Origin: a virus
Strand: one strand, 5' to 3'
IMG/VR virus record: IMGVR_UViG_3300037493_003174
Location: 18,342-82,341 of that record
DNA length: 64,000 nucleotides
The notes beneath the pieces were generated by a model, which was given only the letters and a program-made list of their open reading frames with translations, did no database searches and was not told the DNA's origin. Both the position numbers and the translations under genes were made by a program. Positions 57,821-64,000 of the stretch are shown here, piece by piece (position 1 is the first letter of the stretch; each line of letters opens with the position of its first letter).

Positions 57821-57859
57821 AATTAAATTTTAAATAATACTTTAAATCAGCTTTTCAGC

Positions 57860-58120
57860 TTAAAGAGATAACTCTTTTTCTAGAAATTCACTTAGTTCTT
57901 CTACATTATCCAGTATAATACCAAATCTGTTAGAACTATAGAATTCATACGGAAAACAATCCGGAGATAAGCTAACTTCTTTTAATAAGAAACCAGCTAT
58001 CCCAGGTTGTAATGGTAAATTTATTGCTTTTGTAACAGTATAGATTACTCCTTCCTCAACCCATTGATTCTGAGGTATTTGTTCAGGTTTTTTCTTATCA
58101 TTAATACACAGAACTCTCAT
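57860..58120 (-). CDS. Hypothetical protein
   Basis: 86 aa, VLCINDK...GVIYTV. Confidence 0.55.
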   Translation of the reverse strand: MRVLCINDKKKPEQIPQNQWVEEGVIYTVTKAINLPLQPGIAGFLLKEVSLSPDCFPYEFYSSNRFGIILDNVEELSEFLEKELSL

Positions 58121-58355
58121 GCTTTAGTATTTCAGTTTTAACCTTAACCTTTTCAAAATCATTATGTATATCTAGCATTTCTAAGAAATCACCTTCCTTT
58201 ATTAAGCATTCCCCTTTATTGTGAGCAATAACAGTACACTGTTCAGCTTGTATAGGATCATGTTTACAGAATTTAATAAGACAAGACATAATGTATGGAA
58301 ATGAATTATTATTATCATTATACATTACAAGTTTATGAGATTTTATTTGTTCCAT
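58101..58355 (-). CDS. clpS: ClpS-like ATP-dependent Clp protease adaptor
   Basis: KLVMYNDNNNSFPYIMSCL...QAEQCTVIAHNKG; matches the ClpS LxND...F..V...A.....H..G pattern. Confidence 0.78.
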   Translation of the reverse strand: MEQIKSHKLVMYNDNNNSFPYIMSCLIKFCKHDPIQAEQCTVIAHNKGECLIKEGDFLEMLDIHNDFEKVKVKTEILKHESSVY

Positions 58356-58372
58356 ATAACTAATATAAGAAA

Positions 58373-59467
58373 TTAAAGGGAGATATTAAAGTTTTTCCAG
58401 GTAATCTTGCTTTGATCAAAACCTTCTAATGCATCCTTAACCCATTTTTCATCAGCTGTATTCATGTAGCAAAGAATATGAATTATAGATTTATCATCTG
58501 GATTTAATCTGAGCAATCTCCCAATTCTCTGGCTTGCCTTACGCTCATTACCATAAGCATGCATTATGATACCTTGTTTAAGATCAGGAATGTTTACACC
58601 TTCACTCAACTGTAATACAGTAGAAAGTTTTTTAATCATCCCTGTTTTAAACAAATCAAGATTAGTGTCAGACTGTGGATTATTACTGTGATAGCTGTAA
58701 TCACACAATCTATCTGCTTGATCTTGAGTATTAGCAAATACAATACACTTAGTCTGAATACTTTCCATCAGCTTCTCAGTATATGCTTCTTTGCTTGGAT
58801 ACTCCATCATTGCTTTCATCCTCATTACTCTAAGAATATGCACCGGACCTGCTCCAGTATCTAGTCTATTACACCAATAGTTATAGTTCTGTTGCTCAGA
58901 AGTTGTAAAGTGGCCACCGTTCTTGGTAGCCACTGTAAACACTTTTTCATGTCCCAGTTCTAGTTCATGCACTACAATCTGATAGTCATTAAGAATATTA
59001 TTCTCAATAGCTTCATCAGCTTTAAATGTAAATACAACTGGACAGAATTCATTAACTAATTTACCCTTCTCAGAATTTGAGAATTTAGGAGGAGTCCCAG
59101 TCAAACCAAGAACTTTACCCTTATACAGTTGTAAGAATCCTCTGTGACTATCAAGTAAACTATGAGCTTCATCTAAATAAACTGCAGCATACTCTCTTGG
59201 ATCATGTTTATTTAAACTTAGATAAGTAGTAAATACTACTCTACCAAGTAAATGCTCCATATTAAATCTTTCTGCATCATCTTTCCAAGACTGGAAGATT
59301 GACTTCTTTGGAGCAACAACAAGACACTTCATTAGAGGAGTAGTATTTCTTTCCATATGTTTCAAACCAACTAAGGTTTTTCCAACACCGGTACCAAGTA
59401 CCACACTGCATCTTTGTTTACTATCTGTTGCAGCTAATGCTTCTAATTGTATCTCTTCTCTAGTCAT
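58373..59467 (-). CDS. Superfamily 2 DEAH-box helicase
   Basis: GTGVGKT, DEAH, LTGTP, EGVNIP, QRIGRLLR. Confidence 0.88.
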   Translation of the reverse strand: MTREEIQLEALAATDSKQRCSVVLGTGVGKTLVGLKHMERNTTPLMKCLVVAPKKSIFQSWKDDAERFNMEHLLGRVVFTTYLSLNKHDPREYAAVYLDEAHSLLDSHRGFLQLYKGKVLGLTGTPPKFSNSEKGKLVNEFCPVVFTFKADEAIENNILNDYQIVVHELELGHEKVFTVATKNGGHFTTSEQQNYNYWCNRLDTGAGPVHILRVMRMKAMMEYPSKEAYTEKLMESIQTKCIVFANTQDQADRLCDYSYHSNNPQSDTNLDLFKTGMIKKLSTVLQLSEGVNIPDLKQGIIMHAYGNERKASQRIGRLLRLNPDDKSIIHILCYMNTADEKWVKDALEGFDQSKITWKNFNISL

Positions 59468-59649
59468 TCTTCTCCAATATTCATGTAACCAAATATAGCT
59501 CCTAATGGAAATACAACAATACCTACAGATCTTATAACTTCTGTTTTAAGTGGTACATCAAAATCACATTGAGTAAGCTTATATATATTTCTAAACCATC
59601 CAAACATGATCATTAGCCATATAAGTAGTATAATATATCCATTTTTCAT
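59464..59649 (-). CDS. Small membrane protein
   Basis: 61 aa, two hydrophobic segments. Confidence 0.55.
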   Translation of the reverse strand: MKNGYIILLIWLMIMFGWFRNIYKLTQCDFDVPLKTEVIRSVGIVVFPLGAIFGYMNIGEE

Positions 59650-59654
59650 AACTT

Positions 59655-60404
59655 TTAAATTAAATTAAACACTGTTTTTTGAATAAATTGATTAGCATAA
59701 GCAGGATCTGACATAACTTTAATTGCTTTGATATGCTTATCAATGTTATCTAAAGTTTGTTTATGATCATATGTTGCATATGCTTGAATAAATACATTTA
59801 AGAATTGTTTCTTAACCCATCTATCAGCAACACCAATTTTAATAAATAAATCACTAAATGCTTTACACATTTCTCCTGCTTTTGGATTGTTAATTTTAAA
59901 CTCTCCATTTTTAATTTTAGCACTTGAAGTCACAATAGCATTATAAGTATTTGAATTATTACAAATTGATGCAATCATCAAAGCTTCTAAGTTATATAAT
60001 CCCATGTATTGTTGAAGAGTTACATAATCCGGATTAGAGAATGAAAATGCATGAATATAATCTTTTAATTGCCATGACTTAGAAGAATTGTTATAATAAG
60101 CCATTTTTTTAATAAGATCATCTTTATTTATTACTTCAACATATTCATATCTTACTGGAATCTGTTCTCTTCTACAAGAATCTAATAAATGATCACCATC
60201 TATTACATATGTTAACTTTGATCCTGTAAAGAAATCTACTTTACAACAGATAACTTGTCTTGTATTACCTAAAATACGGATACTTTCTACTAATTCTTGT
60301 GTATGCTTAGACAATGTTGGTCTTTGCATTGGTAATCTGTTAAACATATCATAATTTGTTGTAACAGCTATTTTAATAAAATCATTTTTACTTTTCATAA
60401 TCAT
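59655..60404 (-). CDS. ParB/Srx-like domain protein
   Basis: TTNYDMF...QR...LVESI...VIDGDH...N...WQLKDY. Confidence 0.65.
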   Translation of the reverse strand: MIMKSKNDFIKIAVTTNYDMFNRLPMQRPTLSKHTQELVESIRILGNTRQVICCKVDFFTGSKLTYVIDGDHLLDSCRREQIPVRYEYVEVINKDDLIKKMAYYNNSSKSWQLKDYIHAFSFSNPDYVTLQQYMGLYNLEALMIASICNNSNTYNAIVTSSAKIKNGEFKINNPKAGEMCKAFSDLFIKIGVADRWVKKQFLNVFIQAYATYDHKQTLDNIDKHIKAIKVMSDPAYANQFIQKTVFNLI

Positions 60405-60431
60405 ATATTTAAATCATATCATTAAATCATT

Positions 60432-60611
60432 TTAAATCTTTTCATTTTTAATCAATAAACTGTTTGCATACAGTGTATTTCTAAATGCAGCAATAGCTAC
60501 TTTTGCAGTTTCTAGTTTCTTTGTTTTTTGAAACTCATCATAACAAGTATTACCAACAGTCTCAGACTTATCAGCAACCTCTTTAATTTGTTTTGTATTT
60601 GCTTTACTCAT
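60432..60611 (-). CDS. Small helical protein (59 aa, not in ORF track)
   Basis: MSKANTKQIKEVADKSE...AKVAIAAFRNTLYANSLLIKNEKI; ATGA-coupled to the upstream gene. Confidence 0.65.
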   Translation of the reverse strand: MSKANTKQIKEVADKSETVGNTCYDEFQKTKKLETAKVAIAAFRNTLYANSLLIKNEKI

Positions 60612-62020
60612 TTTAGTTCTTTTAGTTCTCTATAAAGAGAAATTTGTTTTCTTTTTATTTCAATCATTTCAGGAGTAATATCAATAGTTTTTAAACCAAC
60701 AGTTGTCATTAAAGTACGTTTAACATAGTCATCATTTAAATTTTCAGATGCACGTTTTCTATAAGATACAGCCCATTGCTTATTATTCTTTAACCATTCA
60801 CTGTGCCTAGCTCTTAGATATTCTTTATTAGTAGCATAATACTTTTTATTTTTAAGCTTTCTTACATTAAATGTTTTATTGAGATACTCACGTATTTTTT
60901 CACAAATAACCTCTTTATTATTTGCATAATAAATTTTATAAGTTATTTCTTGACACCTCTTAGAAGCTAGAGCATTTAATTCTGGAGTAGAATATTTTAC
61001 TTTGCACCAGTTATCATTATTAGCTTTTAACTGCTTTCTCAATAACTCTTTTTTCTCTAGAGAACTTGACTTAGATCTTATTTTATACTTATTATCAAAT
61101 ACTCCAAATCTCATACAGGTATTAACTACATTACTTTGTGTAGTACCTAAAAACTTTGCAGCTTCTCCATAAGTATTAAATTCAAAAAGCAAATTATCAT
61201 CTAGATCATAGATTTTTACTTGAGCTCCTATTTTCTCACCATACTCTTTACGAGTTTTTTCAGGGAGTTTGTACTTTGGAGTAGATAAAATATCTTCTAA
61301 AGACCATTTTTGCTTAACTCTTGATTTAATAGTGTCAAAACTAAGACCTGACTCTTTTGCAAGCATTTCACAATAATTCTTCTGATTATACATTACTCCT
61401 TTGTACTCATACTTAATATAATCCTCTTCACAAGAATATCCAGTTTTTTCTCTATAAGCTTTAAGTTGAGCTCTTCTAGATTCTATTAGTTTTGGAGTAA
61501 TTTCTTGTTTAGAATAACCATCACTAAGTAATACTTTTGTAATATACTTGTCATGAAGATCTGCAGTAAGTTTTTTCTTATAAAGAACATCTCTTTCTCT
61601 ATATGCTTCTCCATTCTTGTACCAAGAAATTTGATTTGCTATATCTTTATTTCTTTTTAAACTTAGTTTTTCAATCTCTGGACCTTCATAGTTATAATAA
61701 CAAAAAGAAGATTTAGCCCTACAATGTTTACAAATACTTGATTTAGCTTTTTTACCACTACTATAAGTTCTGGATTTATATTCATTTTTATCACAAAGAA
61801 TTACACCACATTTGATGCATTCTTTAGATTGTTCTCTAAAGTATTTTCTACACCCGCAACTAGTTCTTAAACCGCCTTTAAGTGAACCAGTAGGTATCTT
61901 TACTTCAGAACCACATTCACATTTACAAAACTGTTTACCTTGACCTGCATAACCAATTACTGTAAGATATCCAAAGACTTCGTTATCAATATTACATCTA
62001 GGTTTAACATTCCTACTCAT
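60608..62020 (-). CDS. Mosaic DNA-binding protein (homing-endonuclease-type modules, no evident nuclease site)
   Basis: CKCECG...SCGC, CxxC...CxxC, NUMOD1-like FNTYGEAAKFLG, and two LxDxY...ITPxxIExxR repeats. Confidence 0.55.
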   Translation of the reverse strand: MSRNVKPRCNIDNEVFGYLTVIGYAGQGKQFCKCECGSEVKIPTGSLKGGLRTSCGCRKYFREQSKECIKCGVILCDKNEYKSRTYSSGKKAKSSICKHCRAKSSFCYYNYEGPEIEKLSLKRNKDIANQISWYKNGEAYRERDVLYKKKLTADLHDKYITKVLLSDGYSKQEITPKLIESRRAQLKAYREKTGYSCEEDYIKYEYKGVMYNQKNYCEMLAKESGLSFDTIKSRVKQKWSLEDILSTPKYKLPEKTRKEYGEKIGAQVKIYDLDDNLLFEFNTYGEAAKFLGTTQSNVVNTCMRFGVFDNKYKIRSKSSSLEKKELLRKQLKANNDNWCKVKYSTPELNALASKRCQEITYKIYYANNKEVICEKIREYLNKTFNVRKLKNKKYYATNKEYLRARHSEWLKNNKQWAVSYRKRASENLNDDYVKRTLMTTVGLKTIDITPEMIEIKRKQISLYRELKELK

Positions 62021-62328
62021 GCAGCATTAACTTTAATCATCCTTTTAAGTTCTCTTTGCTTGTTCTGAATTTTAATAAGCTCAGGATAATTCTTTACCTC
62101 TTTATACTTTATGCCCAATTTTAACACTAAGTGGTATTTTGATATTGTCTTATCTCTGTTGAGTATTGTATTTAGCTCATCTAATCTTTGCTTAATTTTT
62201 TTCCTGGTAGGAAAACAACAACAAGTTTTTAATTCATTTTTTAATCTATAAAATTCTCTTTGTCTATCTAAATAGTACTCAAGAATTGTTCTTAAAATAA
62301 CTTCATTATCTTTCATAATCATATACAT
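62017..62328 (-). CDS. Hypothetical basic protein
   Basis: C-terminal YPELIKIQ...ELKR resembles the repeat in the downstream protein. Confidence 0.55.
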   Translation of the reverse strand: MYMIMKDNEVILRTILEYYLDRQREFYRLKNELKTCCCFPTRKKIKQRLDELNTILNRDKTISKYHLVLKLGIKYKEVKNYPELIKIQNKQRELKRMIKVNAA

Positions 62329-62332
62329 TTAA

Positions 62333-62737
62333 TCATTTTAACCAATTCATTGTTCTTGCTTGTTCTGGGTGAGAGTGAATCCAATCATGACAGTTTCTAC
62401 AAACTGGTATCCATGTACTTTGAACTAAATAAAAAGCATCTCTGTTAGCTCCAGCGTATGTATGATGAACATCAGTGGCACCATGGCCACATCCGTTCAC
62501 CTTTACTACACACATAAAATTATCAGTAAGATACCTTTGTCTTAATTTACTATACTCAGCATCCTTCTTTGCTCTTTTGGCAGAAACACGGGGGATCTCA
62601 GAACTTGTTGGTTTCTGTTTAACTTCTCCGCTTTTGTGGCAACTCCAGCATTGTTGGCATAATTTTAATCCCCCGGTTCCGCTACTCTTCCAGATGGGCC
62701 TTTCTTTGCCACATCCATCACATACTTTTAGCTTCAT
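62333..62737 (-). CDS. HNH/Zn-finger nuclease-like protein
   Basis: CDGC...CQQC; C...C...DVHH...VCRNCHDWIH. Confidence 0.7.
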   Translation of the reverse strand: MKLKVCDGCGKERPIWKSSGTGGLKLCQQCWSCHKSGEVKQKPTSSEIPRVSAKRAKKDAEYSKLRQRYLTDNFMCVVKVNGCGHGATDVHHTYAGANRDAFYLVQSTWIPVCRNCHDWIHSHPEQARTMNWLK

Positions 62738-63242
62738 TTCTTAGTCTTGGTAAATGATTTGGGTCTCTTTCTAAACTTAAAAAGTTTTTAGGAAGAATAC
62801 CTTCAGACATAAAGATACCAATAATTTGCTCTTTACTAATATTTAAATCTTTAAAGGTTAGAGTATTTTTGAACTTCTCATCTGTCTCAACGTCAGACAA
62901 TAAGAAGTCTGTGATTGGACTATTTGGGAATAAAGTCTTAAAGAAAACATTAGTATACTGTATAGTAACTTGTTGCTTAAACTTATTAAGTACAACTTGT
63001 GCTTTCTTGTAAACATTAATAACTCTTTGTTTTTTCTTACCACACATTGCAATCATTTCTTGTGGTGATAATGCCTCAAGACCATAGAGTGCTCTCTTAT
63101 AGAGATAGTTCTGATACTGAGAATAAGAATCTGTCTCATACTGCATTACAGTTGAACGTTGATTCATCAGTTGATAGTTTTCAAGATTCCCTGAATACTC
63201 AAATTTTTGTTTTGTGTTTTGCTTTTCCATAATTATATACAT
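62718..63242 (-). CDS. Hypothetical protein
   Basis: About 170-aa ORF. Confidence 0.6.
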   Translation of the reverse strand: MYIIMEKQNTKQKFEYSGNLENYQLMNQRSTVMQYETDSYSQYQNYLYKRALYGLEALSPQEMIAMCGKKKQRVINVYKKAQVVLNKFKQQVTIQYTNVFFKTLFPNSPITDFLLSDVETDEKFKNTLTFKDLNISKEQIIGIFMSEGILPKNFLSLERDPNHLPRLRNEAKSM

Positions 63243-63256
63243 TTAATTTAAACAAT

Positions 63257-63287
63257 AAAAAAAAGGGAGCCAATTTCTCAGCTCCCT
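63257..63287 (-). terminator. Intrinsic terminator
   Basis: AGGGAGC/GCTCCCT stem plus a U tract on the minus strand. Confidence 0.7.
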
Positions 63288-63308
63288 ATAGTGATCATTA
63301 TTAACCTA

Positions 63309-63779
63309 TTAGAGTGAAAACTCTTGATTAGGTTGAATAGCAGAAGATGCTTGCTCTGCTACATAAGCATTGCGTAGTTCTTCTGTATTATCATGTTGAA
63401 TTGTAATATCCTCAGCATTAGCTGCTTGAGCATACACAGTTTTACGGTAAATAGGATTACCATCAATAGTACAAGGAATACCACTTTTACCAGCAACCTT
63501 TAAATCACGGCTTGGATCTTTCTTGTTGAAAGGAGCCAATGATTCTTTAATGATAATCTTACCTTCTAAGATTTGACCAGCATAATAACCCATCTCTTGC
63601 AAGATTGCAACTGGAGCCTGAATTAAAGCTGTCAATACTGTTCTTCTTAGGAAACCATTATCATCAATAGTTGTTCTTGGTTGAGCAAGTTTTACATAAC
63701 CATACTCTGGATTGTTTGCAGATTTATTAATAACTGCATTTGTAGTAGCGTCAGCCACAACTGTTACTTTTGAGTTCAT
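63309..63779 (-). CDS. Hypothetical protein (beta-rich)
   Basis: Probable start MNSKV at 63779; followed by a terminator. Confidence 0.55.
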   Translation of the reverse strand: MNSKVTVVADATTNAVINKSANNPEYGYVKLAQPRTTIDDNGFLRRTVLTALIQAPVAILQEMGYYAGQILEGKIIIKESLAPFNKKDPSRDLKVAGKSGIPCTIDGNPIYRKTVYAQAANAEDITIQHDNTEELRNAYVAEQASSAIQPNQEFSL

Positions 63780-64000
63780 AGCACAAAAATTAATTGTTAG
63801 AAAATAATTGAATTGAATTTGAGTAGAAATACTATACTTATAGCCACTCAAGCTAGAAGTAAGTGATAATATTCTTATTGCAAGTCAGAATATTAATAAT
63901 CCAAAGGATCCGTAAGGTCTATTATATCATCAAATGGTTCATCATCTGATATGGTTTCATTACTATTTTCATCATCTACTAGATAATCAAAATCATAATG

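Larger units (their letters stand above)
60393..63246 (-). repeat. Gene-junction repeat family D (TAAAT(G)TATATRATTATG)
   Basis: About 60393-60413, 62311-62332 and 63225-63246, each at a gene start. Confidence 0.55.

Noticed and set aside
62978-62991. Third copy of the 17-bp palindrome (TAAACTTATTAAGT)
   Set aside because: Partial match inside a CDS in AT-rich DNA; plausibly chance.
33858-63232. Short plus-strand and nested ORFs in the minus arm (other than 52581-52892)
   Set aside because: They overlap well-supported minus-strand genes.
1-64000. Stop-codon reassignment, as in some crAss-like phages
   Set aside because: Long genes are intact under the standard code, and TAA, TAG and TGA all end genes at sensible junctions.
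1-64000. tRNA/rRNA genes, integrase, transposase, reverse transcriptase/DGR
   Set aside because: None recognised; intergenic gaps are short and explained by terminators, promoters or small ORFs. tRNAscan and Infernal were not run.

Overview
AT-rich segment of a crAss-like (Crassvirales-related) Bacteroidota phage genome. It uses the standard genetic code and has two convergent arms that meet at a terminator near 33.07 kb. Plus arm (1-33060) is a late block of virion cargo/ejected proteins: a multi-domain peptidoglycan hydrolase (5' truncated), two low-complexity proteins rich in a repeated [AFYM]xxGG motif, a 988-aa protein, three giant proteins (1806, 3554 and 1947 aa) and a small basic YRGQG protein. 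The 3554-aa protein is a single-chain virion RNA polymerase (RxP and DYDVD motifs) with a zincin domain and a C-terminal AlkB-like domain. The 1947-aa protein has zincin, LysM and a hydrophobic helix. Minus arm (33080-63779) holds replication and early genes: MazG-like pyrophosphatase, DUF932-like protein, family B DNA polymerase, PD-(D/E)xK nuclease, MoxR-type AAA plus peptidase/VWA, GIY-YIG, primase, putative SSB, Sak4-like ATPase, DnaB, Ung, ClpS, SF2 helicase, ParB-like, HNH and many small accessory ORFs. Main observations: (1) the three giant proteins (7307 aa) contain only 4 Cys by my reading, all at the termini that face each other in gene order, suggesting a head-to-tail covalent ejection chain; (2) the AlkB-like domain of the RNAP is an in-frame 810-bp unit between 16-bp direct repeats; (3) a di-glycine motif is repeated throughout the low-complexity cargo proteins; (4) several families of short gene-junction repeats delimit accessory gene cassettes; (5) there is a fixed-spacing late promoter-like motif and a 17-bp palindrome; (6) TCG/CGA is strongly avoided. 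All family assignments are from motif recognition by eye, with no database searches.
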